NCBI GenBank assembly: GCA_030632085.1
Contig: DAOVJY010000002.1
Span: forward strand, 141,325-205,324
Direction: 5' to 3'
Origin: Candidatus Omnitrophota bacterium
Lineage (GTDB): Bacteria; Omnitrophota; Gorgyraeia; JAGLLT01
Length of the DNA: 64,000 nt
The translations under genes and the position numbers were made by a program. The notes under the pieces are model-generated. The model was not told the origin of the DNA. It searched no databases and was given only the letters and a program-made list of their open reading frames with translations. Positions 1-10,277 of this stretch are shown piece by piece. Every line of letters begins with the position of its first letter. The stretch's first letter is position 1.

Positions 1-1
1 C

Positions 2-754
2 TTAAAAGTAAAACTGGATTCCGAGGCGAAGAGAGCTATTGTAAAGGCGTCCGATGGCGATGCCAGAAGAGCACTGAATATACTTGAAATAGGCGCGCTG
101 ACAACTCCAGCCGATAAAACAGGCTTGATAAATTTTACTCAGCGGATAGTTGAAGATTGTATAGGGAAAAAGATTATACTTTATGATAAAAAAGGTGATT
201 CTCATTATGATACAATTTCCGCGTTCATTAAGAGTATGCGCGGTTCTGATCCTGATGCGACTGTTTACTGGTTGGCAAAGATGATTTATGCCGGAGAAGA
301 TGTAAGATTTATTGCCCGCAGAATAGTTATTTGCGCCGCTGAAGACGTAGGTAATGCCGATCCGCAAGCTTTAATTTTAGCCCAGGCGGCTATGCAGGCA
401 GCTATGAATATAGGACTTCCGGAGGCGCGGATTATTTTATCGCAAGCAGCTATATATGTGGCTTGCGCGCCAAAGAGCAATGCTAGTTATCTGGCTATAA
501 ATAAGGCCATTGAAGATGTATCTAATAATAAGCTTTTAGAAATACCAAACCACCTAAAAGGGACCGGATATAAAGGAGCTAAAGAGCTAAAAAGAGGAGA
601 AGGTTATGTGTATCCTCATAGCGAGCCTCAAGGGGCGGCGGGGCAGGAGTATCTGCCATGTAAAAATAGATATTATTTTCCCAAAAATGCCGGTTTTGAG
701 AAGAATTTTACAAAAACAGTAGAAGATAAGGAAAACAAGACACAAGACAAATAG
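2..754 (+). CDS. rarA: Replication-associated recombination protein A (MgsA/RarA), 5'-truncated by window edge
   Basis: Open frame from position 2 (SDGDARRALNILE); motifs YDKKGDSHYDTISAFIKSMRGSDPDA, EDVGNADP, PKSNASY, GYVYPH. Confidence 0.95.
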   Translation, partial: LKVKLDSEAKRAIVKASDGDARRALNILEIGALTTPADKTGLINFTQRIVEDCIGKKIILYDKKGDSHYDTISAFIKSMRGSDPDATVYWLAKMIYAGEDVRFIARRIVICAAEDVGNADPQALILAQAAMQAAMNIGLPEARIILSQAAIYVACAPKSNASYLAINKAIEDVSNNKLLEIPNHLKGTGYKGAKELKRGEGYVYPHSEPQGAAGQEYLPCKNRYYFPKNAGFEKNFTKTVEDKENKTQDK

Positions 755-800
755 CGTATAGCACATAGCTTATGGCTAATAGCTAAGAGCTAAGAGCTTT
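735..800. repeat. Degenerate heptamer tandem repeat overlapping the rarA stop
   Basis: aagacac aagacaa, then tagcgta tagcaca tagctta tggctaa tagctaa gagctaa gagcttt. Confidence 0.75.
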
Positions 801-816
801 CAGTTATAAAAGCCTA

Positions 817-845
817 TTGCTTAAATATAGATCTTAAGCTATAAT
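817..845 (+). promoter_or_regulatory. Sigma70-type promoter for the LPS operon
   Basis: TTGCTT (817-822), 17 bp spacer, TATAAT (840-845). Confidence 0.6.
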
Positions 846-882
846 TAAATGAGTAAATAATAGATGAAATTACCAGATAAAA

Positions 883-905
883 GCCGGCAAATGACCGGCG
901 TTTTT
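883..905 (+). terminator. Possible intrinsic terminator or attenuator hairpin upstream of lpxK
   Basis: GCCGG-caaatga-CCGGC followed by gTTTTT. Confidence 0.35.
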
Positions 906-925
906 GTCAATTGCGGGATTTTGTA

Positions 926-1969
926 ATGAAACTAAAAAAATATCTCTACCAGGTAGTTATAGATAAAAAAAGAGGAAGTATTGCCTTTGTCATTAGGTTA
1001 TTTTTGCTGTTATTATCTTATGTATATTTTATTTTCATTAAAATGCTGGTATTTTTTTATACCGGTGGTTTAATTCCCAGAGTTGCTTTTGATAAGAAGA
1101 TAATCAGCATAGGAAATATTACGGCCGGCGGTACGGGAAAAACGCCTTTTGAGCTGTTTATGGTAAATACTTTTCTCGCGCAAAAGAAAGTCACCATTAT
1201 TTCCCGTGGATATAATGATGATGAACTTGACCTTTTACAATATAATTTACCTCAAGTAAAAATCCTTTCCGGGAAAAATAGAATACAGTTAATAAAAAAG
1301 GCTCAAAATTTCTATAATCCCGACATTATTATTTTAGATGATGGTTTTCAGCAATGGCGTATTAAAAAAGATATCGAAATTGTACTTATAGATTCATCTA
1401 ACCCCTTTTCCAATGGCAGATTGCTGCCGGCCGGACTACTGAGAGAGCCCTTGAGTAGTCTCAAGAGGGCTGATGTTTTTGTTTTAACGAAAGTTGATGA
1501 GTGTCCCGAGAATTTAAGTTCAATTAAGAAAGTTATAAAAAAAATTAATCATAAAGCATTGATGCTTGAATGTTATCATAAGGCTTCCGGCTTATATGAA
1601 CCCATTGCTAAGAAAAATATAAATCTGGAATTACTGCAAAATGAAAAAGTATTTACGTTTTGCGCTATTGGTTCCGCTGAGTCTTTTAAGAGAACACTTA
1701 AAAAGCTAAATGTAAATATAGCGGGTTATATAGATTTCCTTGATCACCATCAATATACAAATAATAATATTAATACTATTGTCAATGCCGCCGCCGCTTC
1801 TGAGGCTAAAATCATAATAACAACGGAAAAAGATTGGATGAGATTGGATACTAATATGATTTATAAACTATCCGGTAAGCATAAGTTTTATTTGCTCAAA
1901 ATTGCTATAGAGCTTATAGATAAAAAAGAAATAATAAATGAAAAATTATCTAAGTTACTTAATTATTAA
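926..1969 (+). CDS. lpxK: Tetraacyldisaccharide 4'-kinase
   Basis: ISIGNITAGGTGKTP, ISRGY, ILDDGFQ, LLPAGLLREP, DHH, TTEKD; ATG 926 preferred over TTG 911. Confidence 0.95.
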   Translation: MKLKKYLYQVVIDKKRGSIAFVIRLFLLLLSYVYFIFIKMLVFFYTGGLIPRVAFDKKIISIGNITAGGTGKTPFELFMVNTFLAQKKVTIISRGYNDDELDLLQYNLPQVKILSGKNRIQLIKKAQNFYNPDIIILDDGFQQWRIKKDIEIVLIDSSNPFSNGRLLPAGLLREPLSSLKRADVFVLTKVDECPENLSSIKKVIKKINHKALMLECYHKASGLYEPIAKKNINLELLQNEKVFTFCAIGSAESFKRTLKKLNVNIAGYIDFLDHHQYTNNNINTIVNAAAASEAKIIITTEKDWMRLDTNMIYKLSGKHKFYLLKIAIELIDKKEIINEKLSKLLNY

Positions 1970-3881
1970 ATGTTCACTATCAACCTTATGTATTCTTCCT
2001 TTGAAAATATCTTTAGTTTTAGGGAGAGTTTTAGGTTTTTTGGCTTGGTGTTTATCTAATAAACAGAAAAGAATTTCCTATAAGAATCTTAAAAACGCTT
2101 TTTATAATAAAAAAGATATTAAAGAATTAAAAAAGATTATTTGGTCTATGTATCAACATTTAGGCCTATCTTTCGCGGAAATAGCACGTTTTGGGAAATT
2201 AGATAAAGAGTATCTTAATAAATATATGGATATAGAAGGGCTTAGATATGCCAAGCAGGAAAAAGAAAAAAATAAAGGTATAATTTTTCTTACGGCTCAT
2301 TTTGGTAATTGGGAACTTTCTTCTCAGGTGGCCAGCCTCGCGGGATACCGCACTAAAGTTCTCGCCCGCCAACAAAAAACAACACTAATAGATAAGATAT
2401 TAAATAAGTACAGAAGTTTTCATGGCTGTGTGGTTGTAACCAAAGGCGCTAATTTAAAAGTTGCTTTAAGATCGCTGCGCAATAAAGAAAATTTGGGTAT
2501 GCTGGCGGATGAAGATGTAAAAAAAGGCGGCCTGGCGGTTAATTTTTTCGGCAGGACGGTTTTGGCTCCTTCGGGGCCTACGTCGATAGCTTATAGAACA
2601 AAGTGCCCTATTATTTTTAGCTTTTTAGGGCGCGTGAGAGGCCCATATCATAAGTTTACCATGCAACAGCCGCTTTACATTAAAACTGAAGATGATATAC
2701 AAAAAGGCCTTCAGTGCTACTGTGATAAGCTTAGTGATTTAATTAAAGACTATCCCGAGCAATGGCTTTGGCTTAAAAAGCGGTGGGGCTCAAGCGAAGA
2801 ACGCAATATTGTTATTCTTAGTGATAATAAAGCCGGTCATTTAAATCAGAGTATGGCCGTTGCTTCCTGGTTAAAGGAAGAACTTAATAAAAGAGGATTA
2901 AGGAGTTCCTTGCCGTATCAGCAAAAAGAAGAAATTAAAATATTAAAACCGAGTTATCGCCATAAATGCTGCCCGGTTTTTTTAAATATCGCTTTACGGA
3001 TCGGGCTTTACAGGTTATTTCCCGAGAAACTACTTGGTTGTTGTCTTACTAGAGAGAGTTTTTGTGAAATTAGCGCATTACCCGTTGATTATTTAATTTC
3101 TTGCGGTAACAGCCTTAGCGCGCTTAATGTAATTATAAAGTATATAAATTTATCTAAGAATATTATCATTATGAAACCGGCATTACCTATCAGTAATTTT
3201 GATTTAGCTGTAATTCCGGCTCATGATGGAACTAAAAGCGCGGATAATGTGGTTATTACACAAGCGGCACCAAATATTATAAACCGCAAACTTAAAGTAA
3301 AAGATAAAGGCGGGATAAGCAATAAACTTGATGAGAATAAAAAAACATTGTCTTTGTTCTTTGGTGGTGATACCCGGTTTTTTAAATATCAGGATTCTTT
3401 TTTGGAACGCCTCATTTCGACACTGAAGAAAATCTGCGATGCCGGCGGCCTTAATTTTTTAATTACTACTTCACGCAGAACTTCAAAGTCTAATGAGCTT
3501 TTTTTAAAGAAGGAGCTGGGTAGTTATAGTAAGTGTAAATGTTTAATTGCAGCAAGCGAAGAAAATCCGCCGGGCTCGGTAGTTTCTATGTTGGCTGCCA
3601 GTAACCTTGTTTTGGTAACCTTTGACAGCGTTTCTATGATAAGTGAGGCCGCAAGTTCAGATAGTCATGTAGTTGTAATTTTACCTGATACTTTAAATAA
3701 TCTTAAGGGTTTCACTAAGCATAAGAAGTTAATTAAAAACTTTGTAAATAAGGGATTTGTGAGTACGGCTACGGTAGATCAACTAAAAAGTGTTATACAA
3801 AGCAAATTTCAGCAAAAAGAAAAAATAAAAGTTTTAAACGAGGAGTTTCAGGTTAAAGAAGCTTTATCAAAAATCTTATGA
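1938..3881 (+). CDS. Lipid A late acyltransferase (LpxL/HtrB family) fused to a C-terminal ELM1/GtrOC1-like putative glycosyltransferase domain
   Basis: N half: TAHFGNWE (HX4E), YPEQWLWLKKRW; C half: SDNKAGHLNQS, VIPAHD, TTSRRT, VTFDSVSMISEA. Confidence 0.85.
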   Translation: MKNYLSYLIIKCSLSTLCILPLKISLVLGRVLGFLAWCLSNKQKRISYKNLKNAFYNKKDIKELKKIIWSMYQHLGLSFAEIARFGKLDKEYLNKYMDIEGLRYAKQEKEKNKGIIFLTAHFGNWELSSQVASLAGYRTKVLARQQKTTLIDKILNKYRSFHGCVVVTKGANLKVALRSLRNKENLGMLADEDVKKGGLAVNFFGRTVLAPSGPTSIAYRTKCPIIFSFLGRVRGPYHKFTMQQPLYIKTEDDIQKGLQCYCDKLSDLIKDYPEQWLWLKKRWGSSEERNIVILSDNKAGHLNQSMAVASWLKEELNKRGLRSSLPYQQKEEIKILKPSYRHKCCPVFLNIALRIGLYRLFPEKLLGCCLTRESFCEISALPVDYLISCGNSLSALNVIIKYINLSKNIIIMKPALPISNFDLAVIPAHDGTKSADNVVITQAAPNIINRKLKVKDKGGISNKLDENKKTLSLFFGGDTRFFKYQDSFLERLISTLKKICDAGGLNFLITTSRRTSKSNELFLKKELGSYSKCKCLIAASEENPPGSVVSMLAASNLVLVTFDSVSMISEAASSDSHVVVILPDTLNNLKGFTKHKKLIKNFVNKGFVSTATVDQLKSVIQSKFQQKEKIKVLNEEFQVKEALSKIL

Positions 3882-5971
3882 ACATACTGCAAATAGTACC
3901 TAATTTAAATACCGGCGGGGTTGAAACGGGAACAGTCGATTTAGCAAAAAAACTAATTTTAGCTAAACATAAAGCGGTAGTTGTTTCAGCCGGCGGTAAA
4001 TTAGTTGATGAGCTAATCTCTTCAGGTGTTAGGCACTATACTCTGGCGGTAGATAGAAAATCCCCAATCAATATTATCAAAATGTCCAAGCGCCTGGCAG
4101 AGATAATAAAGTTGGAAAAAATTGATATAGTTCACGCTAGAAGCCGGGTGCCGGCCTGGATCGCGTACATTGCCTGTTATAAAACAAGATGCAAATTTGT
4201 AACTACTTGCCATGGATATTACAGCAATCATTTTTTCAGCCGGGTGATGGGTTGGGGCAGAAAAGTGATTGTTGTGAGTCACGTAATCGGTAGGCATATG
4301 ATAGACGGTTTCAACGTGCCCGATGAAAAAATCAAGTACATACCTAGAGGTGTTGATTTAGATATTTTTCGTTTTAATCCCAGCTATTTAAAGGCGCGGA
4401 GTCATTTTACTATCGCGCTTATTGGCCGCCTGACACCTATTAAGGGCCATATTTATTTTTTAAAGGCGGTTTCCAGAATAATTAGATCAATTCCCAAGGT
4501 TAAAGTTTTTATTGTTGGCGACCCTTCTCCCGGAAAACAGGGCTATAAATCGGAATTACAACTTTTAATAAGGCAATTGGGCATTGCTGATTATGTTGAA
4601 TTTTTGGGCCGGCGGGATGATATTCCGGATTTGCTGGCTAATATAGACGTTGTAGTTTTACCCAGTATAGTTCCGGAAGCTTTTGGCAGGGTGATCATTG
4701 AAGCTCAGGCAGTCGGCGTGCCGGTTATCGCTTCAAATATTGGTGGAATTTCAGAGGTTATAGATGATAGAGAGACCGGGTTTTTGGTTCCAGCCAAGGA
4801 TGTTGAAGCGCTTTCTAAGGCAATGCTTGAATTAAATCAGAACAAGCAGTTGGCTATTGATATAGTTCGAAAGGCGCGGCAAAAAATCGAAAAGGTTTAC
4901 AGCTTAGAACAAATGACCGGAAAAACCATTGAAGTTTATGAACAGATCTTAAAGTCAATCAGAATTCTAGTTGTAAAGTACAGCTCTCTGGGAGATATAA
5001 TTCTGGCAGTACCTTCCTTGAGGAGTTTAAAAAATAAGTATCCTAATTCAAAAATATCGTTGTTAGTTGATTCCCAGTTTCAAGATATTTTAAAAAACTC
5101 TCCTTATATAGATAATATATTAGCCTATAACATTAAAGGGACGCCCATTTTTTCCAAAGGATTTTGGCGTATAGCATCTCACTTGCGAGATGAGTCGTTT
5201 GATATTGTTGTGGATTTACAAAATAACGCGAAAAGCCATCTTTTAGGTTTTTTGAGTTTAACCCCCGGAAGGTATGGATACAAAAATAAAAAACTGGGAT
5301 TTCTTTTAAGTGATGGGATAAATGACAATAAGGATAAAGTGGATCCGGTAAGCCACCAAGCAAAGGTGCTTCATCTTCTGGGAGTGGATATTTTAGATAA
5401 AACACTTGAACTTTCACCCGGTAGGCAAGAGGAAGAATATGTGAATGTTTTTTTAAATAAAGAATGGGTTGCCGGTAAACAGTTGCTCGTCGGATTTAAT
5501 ATAAGTGCTAGTAATAGATGGCAGACAAAAAAATGGCCTTTAGATAAATTTGCTAAATTAGGTGATATAATATGTAAGAGATATAATGCCAGGATTTTAC
5601 TTACCGGTACTGAAGATGACCTGGAATCGGCTAATAAGTTTAAAAAGTTTTCAAAAATAAAGCCAATTGTTGCTTGTGGAAAAACCGGCCTTTTGGAATT
5701 AGCCGCTTTAATCGGCCGCTGCAAGGTGTTTGTGACATCCGATTCGGCTCCTATGCATATAGCGGCGGCGATGCATGTTCCTTTTGTCGCGATTTTCGGG
5801 CCGACGGACCCTAAGAGACATATGCCAATTGCTGATAATTGCGTTGTTGTGTTTAAAAAAGTATCTTGCAGCCCGTGTTATAAGCCGACATGTAGTTCTA
5901 ATAAATGTCTCAAGGCTATTACTGTTGAAGAGGTAGCTAAAGCCGTAGAGGAATTAATAAAGAAAAAATGA
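3878..5971 (+). CDS. GT4 glycosyltransferase fused to GT9 heptosyltransferase
   Basis: GGVETG, HARSR, EAFGRVIIEAQA (GT4); SSLGDIIL, DSAPMHIAAA, IFGPT, CSPCY (GT9). Confidence 0.9.
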   Translation: MNILQIVPNLNTGGVETGTVDLAKKLILAKHKAVVVSAGGKLVDELISSGVRHYTLAVDRKSPINIIKMSKRLAEIIKLEKIDIVHARSRVPAWIAYIACYKTRCKFVTTCHGYYSNHFFSRVMGWGRKVIVVSHVIGRHMIDGFNVPDEKIKYIPRGVDLDIFRFNPSYLKARSHFTIALIGRLTPIKGHIYFLKAVSRIIRSIPKVKVFIVGDPSPGKQGYKSELQLLIRQLGIADYVEFLGRRDDIPDLLANIDVVVLPSIVPEAFGRVIIEAQAVGVPVIASNIGGISEVIDDRETGFLVPAKDVEALSKAMLELNQNKQLAIDIVRKARQKIEKVYSLEQMTGKTIEVYEQILKSIRILVVKYSSLGDIILAVPSLRSLKNKYPNSKISLLVDSQFQDILKNSPYIDNILAYNIKGTPIFSKGFWRIASHLRDESFDIVVDLQNNAKSHLLGFLSLTPGRYGYKNKKLGFLLSDGINDNKDKVDPVSHQAKVLHLLGVDILDKTLELSPGRQEEEYVNVFLNKEWVAGKQLLVGFNISASNRWQTKKWPLDKFAKLGDIICKRYNARILLTGTEDDLESANKFKKFSKIKPIVACGKTGLLELAALIGRCKVFVTSDSAPMHIAAAMHVPFVAIFGPTDPKRHMPIADNCVVVFKKVSCSPCYKPTCSSNKCLKAITVEEVAKAVEELIKKK

Positions 5972-7077
5972 AAGTATTAATTGTTACCAGCCATCTTAAT
6001 TTTGGGGGAATAAGCTCTTATAGTGTTTTTTTGGCTAGAAAGCTTAAAGAAAAGGGCCATACGGTTTTTATTGCTTCTTCGGGAGGCGATATGGTTAAAG
6101 AGCTCGAGAGTGAAAAAATAGGCCATTTAAAAGTAGCTCTAAATACAAAGTCAGAACTCAATCCCAAGGTTATTTTAAGCGGTATTAAAATTGCTCTATT
6201 TATAAAGTCAAAAAAGATTGATATAATGCATGCTCAAACCAGGGTAGCACAAGTAAGTTGTTGTTTAGCGTCGTTACTTATGAGGATTCCGTATATAAGT
6301 ACATGCCACGGTTTTTTCAAGCCTAAATTCACAAGGAAACTCTTTAAATTTTGGGGAATTAAGGTAATTGCTATTAGCGAAGCTGTTAGAGCTCATTTAG
6401 TTAATGATTTAAAGGTCTCCAGAGATAAGATAGTCTTGATTCATAATGGAGTTGATTTAGCTAATTTTAATAGAAATTACACTGATAAAGAAAAAGAAGA
6501 TATTAGAAAAGAGTTTAAGCTTTCAGGCGGCCCGGTAGTGGGTATCATAGCTCGCTTATCTTCCGTTAAAGGGCATGAATATTTGATAAAGTCAGCTAAA
6601 TTAATACTTGCTAAAAGGCAAGACATACAATTTTTAATTATTGGAGATGGCCCGGAAGAAAAGAGATTAAAAAAACTTATTACAACGCTGGAAATAAACA
6701 GAAATGTTATTTTTCACGAATCGGTGCTGGATACTGCCCGGCCTCTGGCGATTATGGACGTTTTTGTAATGCCCTCAATTTCAGAGGGCTTAGGTTTAGC
6801 TATATTAGAAGCCATGGCTAGCGGGCTTCCTATCGTGGCCAGCAATGTCGGAGGTATATATAGCTTGGTCTCAGAGGGTGAAAATGGCATATTAGTTTCT
6901 CCGAGAAGCCCGGAGGATTTGAAAGAAGGCATCTTAAAAATAATTGATAATGACAAATTAGCTAAAGATATGGGCGCTCTGAGCAGGAATATTTGCGAGA
7001 ATGACTTTTCGCTCAGTTTTTTCGCGGACAGGGTTGAATATGTATATACTCAGGTGCTTGAATATCCAGGTAAATAG
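5968..7077 (+). CDS. GT4 glycosyltransferase
   Basis: EGLGLAILEAMASGLPIVASNVGG (EX7E motif). Confidence 0.9.
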   Translation: MKVLIVTSHLNFGGISSYSVFLARKLKEKGHTVFIASSGGDMVKELESEKIGHLKVALNTKSELNPKVILSGIKIALFIKSKKIDIMHAQTRVAQVSCCLASLLMRIPYISTCHGFFKPKFTRKLFKFWGIKVIAISEAVRAHLVNDLKVSRDKIVLIHNGVDLANFNRNYTDKEKEDIRKEFKLSGGPVVGIIARLSSVKGHEYLIKSAKLILAKRQDIQFLIIGDGPEEKRLKKLITTLEINRNVIFHESVLDTARPLAIMDVFVMPSISEGLGLAILEAMASGLPIVASNVGGIYSLVSEGENGILVSPRSPEDLKEGILKIIDNDKLAKDMGALSRNICENDFSLSFFADRVEYVYTQVLEYPGK

Positions 7078-7111
7078 AATATCAGGAAGCAGTCAAAATA
7101 TTTTTTAATAA

Positions 7112-8158
7112 ATGACAAAAAAAATAAATAATTTTAAAAGGATTTTGATAGTTGAGGTTAATTGGCTGGGGGATGTTTTGTTTTCAACGGCGGCTATTAA
7201 AGCCATTAAAGATAAATATCCGGAAAGCTTTTTAGCTTGTATGGTTGTTGGACGATGCTCTCAAATATTAGAAGATAATCCATCTGTAGATGAAGTTATA
7301 GTTTTCGATGAAAAAAGCTCTCATAAATCTCTTTTTTCTAAAGTAAAATTTATAGTTTCCTTGAAAAAAGAAAACTTTGATACGGTTTTCTTATTTCATA
7401 GGTCGTTTACCAGAGTTGCCGTTTGTTATTTGGCCGGTATAAAAAGGCGCATTGGTTATTATAGAAAGAAAACAGGATTTTTACTAACCGACAAATTTGA
7501 GATACCTGATAATAGCCTCCATCGAGCTGAATATTTTATCAATTTAATAAATAAGACAGGTATAGAGAGTAAAGACAAAAGATATGAATTTTTTATTAAT
7601 TCCAAAGCTGTTGATAGAGTTGTCGATTTATTGGCTAAGTTCGGGATAACTCGAGAAGATAATTATATCGTGATAAATCCGGGAGGAAATTGGAATCCTA
7701 AAAGGTGGCCGGCTGAATATTATGCCCAATTAGCTGATAGGATAAGTCAAAGCCCGGGGATGAAGATAGTTGTTTCAGGAGCAAAAAAAGATATCAGTTT
7801 GTCTCAAAGAATTAATTCAAAAATGAAAAATGAGGCAATAATTTTAGCCGGTGAAACAAATTTAAAAGAATTAGGCGCTCTTTTAAAAGGAGCGAGAGTT
7901 GTTATTTCGGCAGACTCAGGCCCAATGCATTTGGCGGCCGCGTTGGGAGTACCGGTTGTAGCTATTTTTGGGCCCACCAGTCCTCAGATTACCGGCCCTT
8001 ATAATCCCCAAGCTGAACACATTATTCTCCAAAAGGATGTAGGCTGCCCGGTGCCTTGTTATGAAGTGAGCTGCGCGGATAATAAATGTATGAAGGCTGT
8101 AACTGTAGATGAAGTTTTCAAAGCGGTTAAGAAAATATTAAACAGCGATGCTAAATAA
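7112..8158 (+). CDS. waaF: LPS heptosyltransferase II-like (GT9)
   Basis: NWLGDVL, KRWP, DSGPMHLAAA, IFGPT, CPVPCY. Confidence 0.8.
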   Translation: MTKKINNFKRILIVEVNWLGDVLFSTAAIKAIKDKYPESFLACMVVGRCSQILEDNPSVDEVIVFDEKSSHKSLFSKVKFIVSLKKENFDTVFLFHRSFTRVAVCYLAGIKRRIGYYRKKTGFLLTDKFEIPDNSLHRAEYFINLINKTGIESKDKRYEFFINSKAVDRVVDLLAKFGITREDNYIVINPGGNWNPKRWPAEYYAQLADRISQSPGMKIVVSGAKKDISLSQRINSKMKNEAIILAGETNLKELGALLKGARVVISADSGPMHLAAALGVPVVAIFGPTSPQITGPYNPQAEHIILQKDVGCPVPCYEVSCADNKCMKAVTVDEVFKAVKKILNSDAK

Positions 8159-9164
8159 AGATAAAATTCATTCAGCGCTATTAATTTCCTTAAGTAATAT
8201 TGGAGACGCCATTCTGACGACCCCGGTTTTAGGGGTTATGCTTCAACAGCTGCCCATGGCGGAAGTTGATGTTTTAGCGGCACCCAGGACGGTTGAGCTG
8301 TTTGGTAATAACAGTGATTTAAGAGAAGTTATTCTTTACGATAAGCATGCTCCGATAAGGCAGAAGATATCATTTATTAAGAAATTACGCCTAAAACACT
8401 ATGATTTAATTATTGATTTAAAAAATAGCGCTTTTCCATTTTTAATTGGCGCCTCGCGCAGAACATCTCTTTTCTTCAAAAATAAAAAAAATATTTCCAT
8501 GAAAGAAAAACATCTTCAAAGGATTAAAGCTCTAGGTTTTGAAATCAAAGGAGCTGATTTTTTAATTAAAATAGATAAAGAAAGTGAAGCTTTCGCGAAA
8601 ACAATATTATCAGAGGTAAAAGATCGAAGTAGGATAATTGCTATCTCGGTTGGTGCTCGCAGCGATATAAAAAAATGGCCCTATAGTAGTTTTATTAAGG
8701 TTTGTGGGGAGTTACAGAATAAACATAAAGCTTTCTTAGTTTTTTTAGGGGATAAGGGTGATATAAAGCTCACAAAAAAAGTAACCGCGGAAATAGGCGG
8801 TGATTATCTTGACCTGAGCGGCAAAACTAATCTTATTCAATTGGCTGCCATTTTAAAACGGTGTAATTTTTTGCTTTGCAATGATAGCGCCATAATGCAC
8901 ATGGCTAGCGCGGTAAAAAAACCGGTGATAGCTCTTTTTGGCCCTACGGATCATAAAAAATATGGCCCTGAAGGTGAGAATAGTGTAATAATTTACAAAA
9001 GGATTAAATGCGCGCCATGCCAAAAGGCTCAGTGCGTTTTTAATCATGAGTGTTTAAATCTAATAACGCCTCAAGATGTTTTAAGTGAAATAGAAATATT
9101 ATTTAAAAAATTAAAAGCGAAGAGCCAAGAGCTTAGGGCTAAGAGCAAAAAAAATTATCTATGA
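8148..9164 (+). CDS. GT9 heptosyltransferase family
   Basis: SNIGDAIL, KKWP, NDSAIMHMA, LFGPT, CAPC; C-terminal tail encoded by heptamer repeat. Confidence 0.85.
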   Translation: MLNKDKIHSALLISLSNIGDAILTTPVLGVMLQQLPMAEVDVLAAPRTVELFGNNSDLREVILYDKHAPIRQKISFIKKLRLKHYDLIIDLKNSAFPFLIGASRRTSLFFKNKKNISMKEKHLQRIKALGFEIKGADFLIKIDKESEAFAKTILSEVKDRSRIIAISVGARSDIKKWPYSSFIKVCGELQNKHKAFLVFLGDKGDIKLTKKVTAEIGGDYLDLSGKTNLIQLAAILKRCNFLLCNDSAIMHMASAVKKPVIALFGPTDHKKYGPEGENSVIIYKRIKCAPCQKAQCVFNHECLNLITPQDVLSEIEILFKKLKAKSQELRAKSKKNYL

Positions 9165-9195
9165 ATTTACTATACGCTATGCGCTAACCGCTAAA
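9113..9195. repeat. Heptamer repeats in forward then inverted orientation around a stop codon
   Basis: aaagcga agagcca agagctt agggcta agagcaa ... tacgcta tgcgcta accgcta (reverse complement of the tagcNNa family). Confidence 0.65.
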
Positions 9196-9233
9196 TAATA
9201 GTGGATAGGAAAAACAAGAACGAACCTAAATAT

Positions 9234-10277
9234 ATGGAAAATTATAATAAAATATTAATTGTAAGAACAGACAGAATTGGGGATGTGGTTTTATCGACTC
9301 CTGTCATAAGAGTTATAAGAGAGGCATATCCACAGAGTTGGCTGGCTTTTATGGCTAGGCCTTATGCCGCTGATATTCTTATTGATAATCCTTACCTAAA
9401 TGAGGTTATTATTTATGATAAATACCATAAACATAAAAATTGGTATGCTAGTTTTAAATTTGCCCAAGAGCTTAAGGATAAGCAATTTGATTTGGCTATT
9501 ATTCTGCATCCGACCAACAGAGTTCACATAATAACTTATCTGGCCGGTATTCCTCAAAGAATTGGTTATAAGAAGAACTTCAGCTTCCTTCTGAGGAAAA
9601 AGATAAAAGACGAAAAAGCCGCAGGTTTAAAGCATGAGAGCGAATACAATTTTGATATACTTAAACTTATAGGAATTAACAGCGAATCTAAGGAAACGCT
9701 TATAAATGTATCAAAAGAAGATATTGAATTTCTCAGTAATCTTCTTTTAAGAAAAGGTGTCAAAGAAAAAGATAAGTTCATTGTAATACATCCGGCCGCG
9801 AGCTGTTCCTCAAAAATATGGCTAAAGGAAAATTTTATCAGGACAGCCAAGCAATTATTAAATAGTTTTAAAATAAAAATAATACTTATTTGCGCGAAAG
9901 AACACATAAATATATGCCGGGAAATTTCTAAAGAACTTCCTTGTGAAAGGGTTTTTATTTTAGAAAACTTAAAACTTAAGGAACTTGCCGCGCTGTTCAA
10001 GAAAGCTTCGTTGCTAATTTCAAACGATTCAGGCCCTGTGCATATAGCTGTTGCCGTTGCCTGCCCCGTGGTTGCTATTTTTGGCAGAAATCAGCCCGGT
10101 TTGAGCCCCAGGCGTTGGGGGCCTCTTGATGATAAGAGTATTATTTTACATAGACCGGAAAATTGTCAGCCTTGCCTGGCTCATAATTGCCAAAATGATT
10201 ATAAATGCCTCAAAAACATAAAAGCAGAGGATGTTATTAGTGCCGCTGAAAAAATATTCAAAAATATTAGTCATTAA
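9234..10277 (+). CDS. GT9 heptosyltransferase family
   Basis: RTDRIGDVVLS, NDSGPVHIA, IFG, CQPC; ATG 9234 preferred. Confidence 0.85.
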   Translation: MENYNKILIVRTDRIGDVVLSTPVIRVIREAYPQSWLAFMARPYAADILIDNPYLNEVIIYDKYHKHKNWYASFKFAQELKDKQFDLAIILHPTNRVHIITYLAGIPQRIGYKKNFSFLLRKKIKDEKAAGLKHESEYNFDILKLIGINSESKETLINVSKEDIEFLSNLLLRKGVKEKDKFIVIHPAASCSSKIWLKENFIRTAKQLLNSFKIKIILICAKEHINICREISKELPCERVFILENLKLKELAALFKKASLLISNDSGPVHIAVAVACPVVAIFGRNQPGLSPRRWGPLDDKSIILHRPENCQPCLAHNCQNDYKCLKNIKAEDVISAAEKIFKNISH

